From positions 398,345 to 462,344 of the forward strand of contig NW_005434664.1 of assembly GCF_000315625.1 (NCBI RefSeq): a stretch of DNA of 64,000 nt. Reading direction: 5' to 3'. A model generated the notes under the pieces. It was not told the origin of the DNA, ran no database searches, and saw only the letters and a program-made list of their open reading frames with translations. Position numbers and translations under genes: made by a program. Position 1 is the first letter of the stretch; each line of letters begins with the position of its first letter. This DNA is from Guillardia theta CCMP2712. Lineage: Eukaryota; Protista; Cryptophyta. Shown in pieces: positions 1 through 11,310 of the stretch.

Positions 1-265
1 GGACACGAACTTGGAACCGGGGAAGGAATCTCGTGCGGCGGAGAAGAAGGGGGAGGAGGATGCGGGGAACGGCAGGTTCACAACTTCCTGCATGAAAGCT
101 CGCGTCAACGCCATGGGAGGGCTTCAGGACTTCAGTCTCGCTTCAGGCAAGTACGTCAACCTGTTTCTCGATGCACCTGGTCACAACACAGACGTCTTCA
201 GCTCTGCGCGGCCCATCACTGGTGGAGATGTTGTGAGCACAGGTGAGCTCACAAGAACTGGTTGA
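1..265 (+). CDS. 3' end of an unidentified gene running in from the left edge
   Basis: Open frame ending at TGA 263-265 with a plausible short GT..AG intron near 151-200; no recognisable domain. Confidence 0.3.
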   Translation, partial: DTNLEPGKESRAAEKKGEEDAGNGRFTTSCMKARVNAMGGLQDFSLASGKYVNLFLDAPGHNTDVFSSARPITGGDVVSTGELTRTG

Positions 266-299
266 CGACGAACAGCTTGTCCGTCGGTTTCGGGATCAG

Positions 300-976
300 A
301 GCTCGAATCTGAAGAGGAGAAACTAAGTCAGACGCCACAAGGCACAAGAGGTGGATCAGTTGGAACAGTTCAGGTCATCCAGTACAACAGCGATGCACCG
401 ATGGGGGGGAAAGGAGCGAATGGTACCTCGTTCGTCTTCTGATCATTCTGAAAGAATTGAACTCCTTCACAATCCATCGCATTCGAGAGAGAGGCTGAGA
501 ACACCTGGACTGTCAGGTCAACACCGCTCCGTGAAAAGGGCATCAGGGATTTCCTTGAGAAGCTCGAAGAATGAGGTGGATTGTGACGACAGCGCTCGTA
601 TGTTTGCATTCATCACCTTTGCGATCACAACTATCATAATACTGCACAACTTGGAGCTTCTCCCACCATAATCGATCTCCCGAATATGTGTATCATCTCC
701 GCGATCTCTCGGAGATTTGTCTGTCGGATGGAAGGAGATATGCTGTCCATCACGTCTATGAACTCCTTCACGTCCTTCTTGCTGCTCCTCAACGTCTTGG
801 ACACGATATCGTGAACCTTTCGTTTTTGTCCCTGCCTAGCAGTCAAGGAGGGCAACGAACAGGAAAAGGAGACAGAGATAATCATGTCAATGAAAATGAT
901 GAGGGTGATGATGTGATGTTGAGGTTCAGAGAGCGAAAAAGAGAATCATGATGAACGATCCACCGACGCTCAACAT

Positions 977-1012
<36 letters not shown>

Positions 1013-2600
1013 ACCAACAAAATTATGACGAATGGAACCATTTTTGCATCTCTTACATCTAGCGTTCGGGGCTGTGACATATGGAACGAGGCAGGTTCTG
1101 TCCCCCAAACCTTGAGCTTCGGAGGTTCAATCGCCTCTGGTTGCCAGATGTGATCAATTGAGGAGGTGGAGGAGAAGGAGGAGGAAGTGGTGGTGGTGGA
1201 GGAGAACGCATGGTGGTGGTGGTGGCAGTGGAAGAGGAGGAGGAGGAGGAGGAGGAGGAGGAGGACGCAAGGTGGAGGACGACAGGGAAATGTTGAGACG
1301 AAACGAGGAGGCACCGTCAGACGTTGACCGCACTGCGCTTGTCAAATTCTGGATCATATCCAACCATTCCACATGCTCGTGGGCTCCTGGAGGGCTTCCT
1401 CTCTCCCCATCCTCCTCTTCAGGAGCACTCCCCCCGATGCCGTTATCTTCTAGATGCGAGACGTGCATGGTCCGCTTGCCATGCTGCTCATGGTAGGACG
1501 AGTCCAACTCCGACGCATGCGTCTGCGCTGGTTTCGGGACGGCCCTTCGAACCATGTCCTTGTCAGGGCTGCTTCTCCTCTGCAGAGCAGGATCAGTCAC
1601 GAGTCTCGTCCTCAAGCACAAGGGCTTCACGATGTTACCTGCAGCCTCTTGAGTTGCCTGTCCTTGGCTCGAACCTGACTGCAAGTCTAAGAGCGAGCAG
1701 GTAGGAGCAAGCGAACCTGCCTGGTCCTCGGCGTGCCGCAGGTTCGCAAGCAGACGCATCTTCTCCCTCTCATGCTGAGATTCATCCTCTCAGCACGGCT
1801 AGTGGGCAGGGCAAGCAACCTGGTCAGCTGACTGCCGGAGGATCCGATTCTCCTCTTGCGCATCCTGGTGCTGAAATCATCGAGGACAGGCAGAAGGCGG
1901 ACAAACGGCAGAAGGAGGAGAGGAGTGAGCACGGGATGGAGGGAGACAGGACGGGACATGAGAAGAGAAAGAGGGGAAGAAGCAGAAGCAGAGGCAGAGG
2001 CAGAAGCAGAAACAGGGACATGGGCAGTACTGAGCAGGAGGAGGGGGAGGAGGAGGAGGATGAGGAGGAGGATGAGGATGAGGAGGAGTTGGTGGTGGTG
2101 GTGGTGGCGGCGGCGGCGGTAGAAAAGGGTGGGGGGTGGGGGTGGCATTGGACGGGGCGGCGACCTCCAGCAGCTTCTTGTATCTCACTAGGAGATCCGC
2201 CATGCAAGTTTGTCGCTGATTGACTTTTTTCTTTCCCGCCAAAACGACCGGGCATGCCGAGCGCCCGTGGCGATGTCGCCGATGCTGCAGATGTCGCCTC
2301 TCAGATCCGAGTTGAGCAGGTTGCACGCGCATGCTTGTGAGCGAGCCTGGAACTCAAGTGGTCGCAAGCTGAGACAAGTCTCAGCTTGGTGAGGAGGATG
2401 GGGAGGGGACGTCGGGGGAGGTTAGGGAGGACATGAACGAAGCTCGTCGTGGGGGAGAAGAGAGCCGCTACCGATAGGGCAGGAGGGGCAGCAGAAGAAG
2501 AAGATCCCTTGATCCCTTCTATGCCTCTTCGCATTGACTTAGGGCTGGTGGGGTTCAAGTTCGCCCTCTAGGGCCATCGTTCCAGCTGGGTTCACAACCA
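300..2600 (-). CDS. Hypothetical multi-exon protein, boundaries unresolved
   Basis: Coding-like minus-strand segments (1154-1759; 634-885 KRKVHDIVSKTLRSSKKDVKEFIDVMD) separated by pyrimidine-rich intron-like tracts; no domain recognised. Confidence 0.3.
979..1011. repeat. (GGCA)n microsatellite
   Basis: About 8 tandem GGCA units seen directly. Confidence 0.9.
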
Positions 2601-2837
2601 GTAATGCGCGAGCAAGGAGAGGGACGCGGCAAGCGTGAGAAGCATCAGCGGGTGCTGCTGCTCACGGTATTACCCTTGGAACAGTCTACGGTGAGAGGAG
2701 CACAACAAACTTGGAACGAGAAGAGCAAGGGACATGGAGCAGGTCGAAACACTTGACAACGTTTGCCAATATTTACAGAACCTCCCCAGTACTCCCAGCA
2801 ACATGCCCAGCACCCTGCCCCACAAACACGGACTTCG

Positions 2838-4477
2838 CTATCTCCTCGGTCGAGAGGGAAGCTCGTCAGGTGGAGGGGAGGGGGTCCTGGGGCCCTTCCT
2901 GTCCGCCAACTCCGGCAGGTCCCCGGTGAAGGAAGTGTTGCTGAACGTCGTGTGTGCTCTGGGAGCATCCTCGTGGGTGTCGTAGGTGACGCTCTTGGCG
3001 ATGGGAGGAAGCTGCTCGTTCGAGCCCCTCAAGTCATACGCCGAGTAGGACGTCTTCACGTTGCCCCTGGGGAACCCCTGGATGGTGTGCGAGCCGCGCA
3101 AGATGGACTGGTTGCCGCTGTAGGCCTTGATGAACGATGCTTTTGTCCTGCATATCTCCCCTCAGCACCGCACACGACGCTGTTCAGCAGCAGTACCTGG
3201 CCTTGGTAGGAGACGTGCTCCGCAGGGTTGACTTCTTGGCGAACTTGAGCTGGGAGCTAGAACTAACGAGTGGGTTAGACGCTCTTCAAAGCGCAGCATG
3301 CTCAGGAAGAAACCTGTGCGGATTCAGCACTGACTGCAGAGGCGACTGCCCATGGGATTGCGAGACCGCAGGGCGCTGACTGTGCGATCGTCTGTTCTTT
3401 GTCTTGGACCTCGCTTCCTCAAGGCTGTGCTTGATCGCTAGAGTCTTGATGTGCCCTTCGCCCCACTCCTTCTCTGCAACCTTGACCGCCTGCTCATAGG
3501 AGGCCAGAGCCTCGTCGACCATGTTGAGATGCTCCTGTTCCACCGCCAGGTTGTGCCAGGCGATCGCCAAGATGCTCGCGTCGTCCGTGGCGTTCTTTCC
3601 TCCGCCATTCTCGTCCTCGCGAACCTTCTGCTTGCGCGACGCGGCCATGGCTTCCAGGAGTTCGAGGGCGCACTGAGCATGCTCCAACGCAGGGCCATGC
3701 CTTCCTAGCTGTGACAGAGTCGCACACAGGTTCAGGTGAGTTCCTGCCGGGTTGTCGACCTCCTCGCTCGTGAGCTCAATCTTGAGCGCTTTCGCCAAGT
3801 ATTGGAGAGCGGCATGGAGCTTGCCCCTCCTCTTGTAGAAGCAGCCGAAGTTGTTGAAGGTGACCGCTCTCAGCTTCATCCTCATCTTCTTGTCTCGGAT
3901 GTAACCCGATGGGGACGTGAGGATCTCAGCTTTCTTCAGCAGCTCATAGGCCAGCAGGTGGTTGTCTAGGGGGCGAAAAGTCAGGCAGGCAGCAAGAGCA
4001 GGGCACGTCATGGCGGAGGAGAAGCATACCTCTCTGAAGGCTGTTCATCGCAAGAGTGTTGCAGCTGGTTGTAAAAATCTGACAGACCTTGCTGACTTCA
4101 GGGTGATCTGGGCCGAACAGCTCCTTCCGGACAAAGAGCCCTTTCTCCAGGTGCTCCAGCGCATCGAAGGGCTTGCTCTGCTGTTGCATGGCAGCATACA
4201 TCTGATCGTGCTGCCTGATTCTCCGCTTGAGATCCGCCGCCTCATCTGGGGAGATATACGGTCTATTTGCCGGCGCATGCGCGACCCCGCTACCGCCGCC
4301 ATTCTCTGCATCGGCCGCGGCTGCCGCTCCATACATTTTCCCTTTAGCCATGTACTCTGCTTCCCATGATCCTCCTTCACCACCGGCACCATCTTCCATC
4401 AGCCTTCGATCGCCGCCTGCTCCTGCTCCTGCTCCTGCTCCTCCCCCTCCCTCCTCCCTCCGACGCTCATCAGCCAT
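2838..4477 (-). CDS. Tetratricopeptide-repeat (kinesin-light-chain-like TPR) protein
   Basis: TPR helices AVTFNNFGCFYKRRGKLHAALQYLAKAL, AGTHLNLCATLSQLGRHGPAL, AIAWHNLAVEQEHLNMVDEALASYEQA and FGPDHPEV; at least 3 exons (introns near 3966-4027 and 3150-3196). Confidence 0.8.
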
Positions 4478-5012
4478 GAAGCCAACCGTTAGTCCTGACC
4501 ACCCCTGCTCGCCCCACCATCAAACACCTGTTGACTCGATACCCCTACCTCCCCGAAACACCCTACCCACTCACAATCACATGCAATGATGACACCCCTC
4601 CAAATATCCTTAAATGTACCCCACTTTAAAAGAATTTGCCTTCATGTTGTTACTATCACCCCCTCATTTGAAATACTACCCCCCAGACTCCTTCTCTAAG
4701 TGTCGATACCCCCACCCCCTTTAATAAAGTTCATCGTCCCTGAAGTAAGTTGACCACCGAAGGCCGGGAAAAGGAACAGGGGATAGAGGGGAAAAGAACG
4801 ATGGTGGAGGGGAGGGAAACTGCACTTGAGGAGAAGGACCCAGCAAGGAAGACATGTTATCAGCTGTATGAATGATCGACAGAAGAACAACTCACACGTT
4901 GCTCTCTCTGTTTCTTTGAAGGAGGGTGGGAAGAGCGAAGCAACGAGGGATCGAGGTAGCAAGTTGCGGCACCGAGCGTATTTACATGTAAAATAAGGAA
5001 ACAATAAGACTG

Positions 5013-6380
5013 TCACGATCTTTTACAGTCTGCATCAGTATCGAGGTTCACAAACTCGAACTCATCCTCGTCGAACAACTCTAACTTGCGCCTTTGCTCC
5101 TCCTTAGCGCGCAGAGCAGCAATCCTGTCCCTGTCAGTGAGAATCTCCAACGCCAGCACTTCCTCGTTCTGCGTCTACAAGCACAGGAAATTAGCGTCGC
5201 ACGGGAGAGGCGCGCGCGCAAGGCTGCAGAGAAGAAGGAAGGAGGTGAAGGTGAGGGTGGGGGCCGGGTTGGAAGGAAGGGACCTCTTTCAGTGCCAAAG
5301 CCACGTCTTCCCTTCCAAACCCCAGCTTTTCCATCTGTGACACGAGCTCCTTTTTGTTCCCTCCTCTCAGCACCGTCGCACACGGAGAGCATGGGAGTGC
5401 GTACCTCGTCCACACTGGAGGTCGAGTACATGCCCGTGAGGATCTCAAGTGCCTTCGTAGCATCATTCTGCACACGGACCAGCACCTGCACTTCATCACC
5501 CTCCTGGGAACACGTCCCCACTCCTCTACCTTGAGCACATCGGCGCGAGAGAACCCGTTAGAACAGAGCTGATCGCACAGAACGGGGTTCGGAGACACCT
5601 TCCGCACACCTATCCTTCCCCCATGGATGGACTGCTTCCACCCGAACCCCGAGAACAGATTCGCGAACAAGCCCGTCGGTCTGCCCCCCGCTTGAGGAGC
5701 CTGTATCATCGTATCACTCAAACATAGTATCATGATGTAGGGTTACCTGGGGTCTTGGGCGCCTTGAGCCAGGTTTGAGCTCTCGCTGCATGCTCGTCCT
5801 CAATTCAGGACTTTCTGAGGCTGCTGGATCGGCAGCTGCTTCCTCCTCTTGCAAAGGTGGCGGCAGCTGGATGGCGGCGAAAAGAGGGTCAGACAAGACT
5901 CCAGGGGAGGAGTAAGGAGACAAGGAAAGAGCTCGTGCAAACACACCGCCGCAATGCACTCACATGCTGCTCTGCTCTCTGGACCGCATCAGCCGCGATC
6001 ATCTTCAGCATCTTGAAGGCATCGGACATCTCATGGTGGTTCGTCTCGTGCAGTGCCTTGACCACTTCTTTGCACAGTCTCAAGAGCTCCCCGTACATTC
6101 TTGAGGGCTCGTCTGCGAACGCCATGGAGATCTTCTCGCCCGCTATCCTGAGCGCTGCCAGCACCGGGTAAGTACGACAACGAGAGAGGAGCTCGTGTAC
6201 GTTCAAAGTCGTCGCACACTGACAGAGTTTCGTCGTGCTCTGCCATGAACGATCCAAGCTCGTCCTCGCTGGCCAAATAGATGTCCACCTCAGAATCATC
6301 CTGCGCTTCCAATCCACTTGGTTCCATCTGCAGAGATCATCGTCAAGCATCATGGCTGTGGCTCGAGAAGGCTCCTGCAT
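5013..6380 (-). CDS. Protein with two C-terminal UBA-like domains
   Basis: Spliced segments QLCSNGFSRADVLK/VLVRVQNDATKALEIL and MEKLGFGREDVALALKE/TQNEEVLALEIL match the UBA MGF pattern; ends EFVNLDTDADCKRS-stop at 5013; start approximate. Confidence 0.65.
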
Positions 6381-6706
6381 CAGTCACATGTCGTAACCAG
6401 GTTCCTAGCTAGGGTTTGCAACACCCGCGGCAAAGTTCGTCGACACGGTGCTTTACAGGCGACCATCTCTCATACTCTTCTGGGTTTCAATCTACACACA
6501 TGCATGTAACTGTCTCTATCTCCCTCTTCCCTCCCTTGTCTCTCCATCCCTCACTTCGGCTCTACCCCACCGGTTTCCTCCCTGCATTTTTGGCCTTCCG
6601 ATCTTGTACTCGATCGGATGTAACCGGTTGAACTTGGTCGGGGTCCTGAAACTGCTGTAACCGACAGTAGTTACAACGGTCGCCCGGAAATAGGAGAATG
6701 CTATAA

Positions 6707-8810
6707 ATGGCGGAGGGAGGAGGGGACGGGAGGGCAACAATGGGGGGCAGGATGCAGCAGGGTGGGAGACACAGCAGGAATGCGAGGCTTGTAGGAGCGG
6801 GGGCACTCGGGACGGTGGGGCTACTGGTGGTTGCGCTCCTTGTTGGAAGCGACATGGCTGCTCGAGAGCACATGGGGCGACCTGCCAGTGAACTTGAGCA
6901 GCGTGGGGACATGGAGAGAAGATGGAGAGGCATCGATGGTGGGAGAGAGAGTGCAAAGTTGCGTCTTGAAGCCCTTCAGAGGAGGCTGCAGAGAAGTGCT
7001 GAGGAGCTGCAAGGGTCTGACGGGAGCGACGACGATTTGATCAGCCACCTTATCGTGGGTCAAGGGAGCAAGGACCATGGGAGGAAGGACGCCAGCCGAC
7101 GGGTGCTGGATGAAAAATTCCGCCGTTGGATGGATGAAAGGAAGCAGAGGGAGGTCCATCAAATGCAGCAGCTGCAAACCGCTCCCATACCGAGCGATCA
7201 GCAAGGACTGCGAAATACGGAACCTGTCTATCATGCCCGCCCGGAAAGACTGAACACTGGCGCGAGGAGTGTACGATCGAAGAGAACAGACCGTCTTACA
7301 CCCTACCAGGCAAGAATGCTCTCGGACCTGTTCAAAGCATCATCAAGAGCTCCCAACACCTTCCCATCCACCACCTTTCTCAAAAGCTCTTCAACGACAA
7401 CGCTGAGATCAGGGCCGTACAAGGCACCTATGTCACAGCCTCATGCATGGGACGAGCCTGTCCGAGCCACCTCGCTGAAGGAAGTCAATGCATCGATCAT
7501 ATCTCGCACGCTGTTGGACTCGGATGCAGTGTTGAGACATGCGAGCAAGGATCTGTTAGCGCTCGAGGGCTTTCTGAGGAATCTTTCGCTCCGCGTTCAA
7601 CGAAGTGAAACGACGGCCAGCAGCGCGCGCAAGGGCGAGAAGCCGAGTGACTTGCAAGTCATTGAATCCGCAACAGCAGGAGCTGTGAAAGCTGTTCTTG
7701 CGATGCTGTTCTCTCATGAACAGATCTCTGAGGTCCATGACACCGAAATGGCATCGCCGCCAGTCAACGAAACAGAGGACGGTCTGAGTACGATCCCGCG
7801 ATCTTTGTCGTCGAGTGCTCAAAGTATTGGATCTTCTATCTTGAAGATCATGAATGTGTCGGTGCTCGGAAATCAGAGCAAAGTTGAGAAGGCAACGGGC
7901 AAGGCTGTTCTGCAGGAGCTCACTACAGCGTTTCGACACCATCAGGTTGTTCAGAGAAACAAGACGAAACTAGTCAGGATGCCGAAACAGTCCGTCAAGG
8001 TAAAACACCAGCGTGCAAAGCATGGTAGGTCTAAGATCGGAAGGATTCTTGAGAAAGTGACTCAGTGACAAGGTTGTGGTGAGCTGTGTCAACTACATTC
8101 GCTGATTGCCAACATACACTCAACTTTGAGTCACTTGAATATCAAACCTGCATCTCGTCACTCAATCAGAAAAGTTGCAAGGCGCAAGGCGACACGCGGA
8201 GGCTCCCCTGTAAATTTTTAACTTCCTTTTTATCTACCCCGTATCTGACTTCTTGTTGACGCAGCACAAGCCTGACAGCTCAACGTCTGACATTCCTGGC
8301 CTGAAATACGTCGAGAGAGATTACGTCCTCTCGCACATTAACGGGGAGCCGGTGCGTTGCTCCCTCCTCAGTTTCTTGTTCGTCTTACTCTCTTGACAGG
8401 TTATCGTCCCCGAGTTCATTCCTTCCCTTGCGAGCCGTTGGTCCCCCATGTCCCCCTCTCAGCAGCAACTTTCCTCAGACGGGATCGATGACGCGGGGGG
8501 CTGGAGGGCAGGTTCAGAGCTATCAACTATGGTGAGCCCACCAATAGCAGACCAGGAGTGGCAATTCTCCCAGGACGCCCACTCCGGTCGATCAGGTCAC
8601 TCCGAGCCCAAGGACATAAGGGAGACTGTCCTGAGGCGAGAGAACATGGGGACGCAAGCAGTTTCGTCTGCTTCCTCGTATGATGGCAGAAAGCGGCCGC
8701 AGCAACCTGGTTACTACGGGGCCACAGCGAGCATCTACGAGTCGATCGACAGGGTCGACAGGCTTTTGAAGGCATCAGAGGACGTCGCAGGTTTCGCCTC
8801 CTTGTCTTGA
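6707..8810 (+). CDS. Hypothetical type II membrane protein
   Basis: 453-aa ORF with an N-terminal hydrophobic helix (LVGAGALGTVGLLVVALLVG) and coiled region; further exons to the stop at 8810 are likely. Confidence 0.5.
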
Positions 8811-8935
8811 TAGAAGAGCCACCGAAATCTTCTGGTTCAGTCAGTGCTGCCCTCTCCGACTGTAAATAGGACGATGAGCGTGTATGTGAGCTCTGTGTAC
8901 AGGTTATCTATTAACAGCACAAGACTTGTCTCCTT

Positions 8936-10774
8936 CAAGCCGTGATCTTCAAGTTTCTCATACCCCCATGAGCGCATCTTCGTTCACAACTCGTCATCAT
9001 GCGCTTCGACTGAAAGTTCCTTGCTCACCTGTATCATCTCACCCCCTTCGCTGCCTCTGAGTTTAACTTGGCTCGCTCCGTAAACACCTGCGACAATAAG
9101 GGTCATACTGCCTTGCTCCTCGCCCTTTCCTCTAACCTCCGCAGCAGCCTTCAGCTTGTGATCTTCGCCTCCCCATGCCTTGAGAGCGGAGCTCTGCAGG
9201 TCACCATACATCAGCACTTGCAGGGAAGGGAGGTCAAGGCTGAACCTGCAACGCTCTCCCGAAGGAGAAGGTCAGCGCCCACGGTCTGCAGCTCCACTCA
9301 ATCACGAGTCGACGTCATCCTCACCTGCACAGGCTCACCTGTCCCGAGGGGCCTTCTTGACTATAGCATGAAGGTGATTGGTGGCCTCGTCTTCGGACTA
9401 TCATCATCATTGATGAGGACAGAAACATCATCAACTAGTCACTTGCCTGCCCCCCCGACAAGAAGCAGATGGTGGAAACAGCTAGAGCGAATGTGAGGCT
9501 GGCTTCTCAAGGACAAAAATATCTACCCGGCGGAACCACTCTCATCAGCGTCCGAACTTCAAAACCTTCGTCAACGGGCGATAACAACTCCTTGCCAGCT
9601 ACCTGTATACTCCGCCACATCCAGAGGAGCAAAGGGCTGGATAGACTCCGAACCAGGACGAACCTACCTCCCTCCATCAGACCCGATTGCCCACTGTCTC
9701 AACTCACCATGTTCGGCAGCAGAACTATAGCCTCGATGCACACGTGATTATCGATGAGCGCCTTGAACACCGCAGCCAGGACCTTCTCTGTGACCTTGGA
9801 GCACCGCTCGATCGAGTGCGAGCCATCTATGAGGATGTCCGGCTCGATCAGCGGCGTCAGACCCTTTGACTGACAGACAGCAGCGAATCGCGCCAGGCAC
9901 CATGCGTTGTCCTGTATCGCTAGGGCGCTCGGACACCCGTTCCTCTCGTCTATCCTCAGCACCGATCTCCACTTGGCAAACCTTGCTCCAAGTTTTTGGT
10001 ACGATGCACAGCGCTGGGCGAGGCCGTCCAGCCCCGTCGTCGAAGTCTCTCCGCAAGTCCCGGGGATTTCAACGACGCCCGTGTCAACCTTAATGCCGAC
10101 CTCGATGCCTCGCTGTTGCAGCAACTTCACAAAAGGCGTCCCGTCGTCGCATTGCTGGTACAGCGATTCTTCGAAGAGGATGACGCCCGAGATGTACTTT
10201 TCAATGTCTGGAGCCATGAGCAGCATCTGCCGGAATTTTCTTCTGTTCATGTCGTTGTTCTCTACCCCGTGGTGTGAGAACCTTTTGCCGATCGTCCCTA
10301 TGGACTCGTCGGCTGCAAGAATGCCTTTACCATTCGCCCCCAATGCACGTGCCGTCTCCTTCATCTGGTCGAGCATAGGAGGTGTCCATAGATACCTGCA
10401 GGAGTAGATCTCACAGTGAATCATCCAACAATGACGCTCGAGTATTCCCTAATTCCTCAACGTCAATGCATGCTCGATACAGGCTAACAGATCCAACCAC
10501 AAAGCCTCTCTCCCATCTTTAAAGCCACTTCAACCTCTAGGAACTTTCGTGACAATGCCATGTAGGTGTCAACAGGGTCATATGTGAGATACCAAGAGCA
10601 GGCTACCCGAGTCCATCTTTTCGGAGCTTACCTCAATTTCAGTGCCTGATCCCACTTCGGTATCTACATCATTCCCCCCTCCTCTCCCAGCCATCCTAAT
10701 CAACCTCATACTTTCGTATCCTTCAGTCATTCGTTGGTTTTCTTACCCTGCTTCCACAATACCCAGGGTCGCCA
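8936..10774 (-). CDS. Class I fructose-bisphosphate aldolase-like protein lacking the catalytic Lys
   Basis: GKGILAADES, GIKVD, GLDGL, FAKWRSVL, PLIEPDI, FLSGGQSEDEA and PWALTFSFGRALQ motifs across many exons; first exon (MATLGIVEAG) and last exon are tentative. Confidence 0.9.
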
Positions 10775-11310
10775 TCGCCAGCGTCGCTGCAACCGCTACT
10801 GCCGCCGCCCCCCGCATTCCGCCTTTTTCTTGACTACAGACCATCAATTTTGAGCACCATCACCCCCCATTTCCATCCATAATCATGCATAAACCCACCG
10901 GTACTTTCACTTTTTGGTACGAAGGTTTATAGTCAAGATAATGGAGTATGTCTCTACCACCCCACCCCATACTATCCATTCAAGTACCCCAGTCACCATC
11001 TTCATGTCCAGTACCCCAAGTACCCACCTGATCTAGAACCAAAAAGTCAGAGAAAACGACCGGTCATGAATCACTACCCGTCGACCCCAAAAATCACCCC
11101 TGTCTCGCTGGGGGTTTTACCCCAGCCAGCCACCCCTGCATTACTTTTACCACCCACCCTCTATCAGCCCTTTTACATTCACAGGATCCGACTACCCCCT
11201 TTGACACTACCCATTACCTTGAGGACTTCTACCCCAGTTTATGCTGGAATATTCAGCGGTCCTTTACTACCCCACCTTACTCATCAACGAGCACAGCTCA
11301 CCCCTACCCC

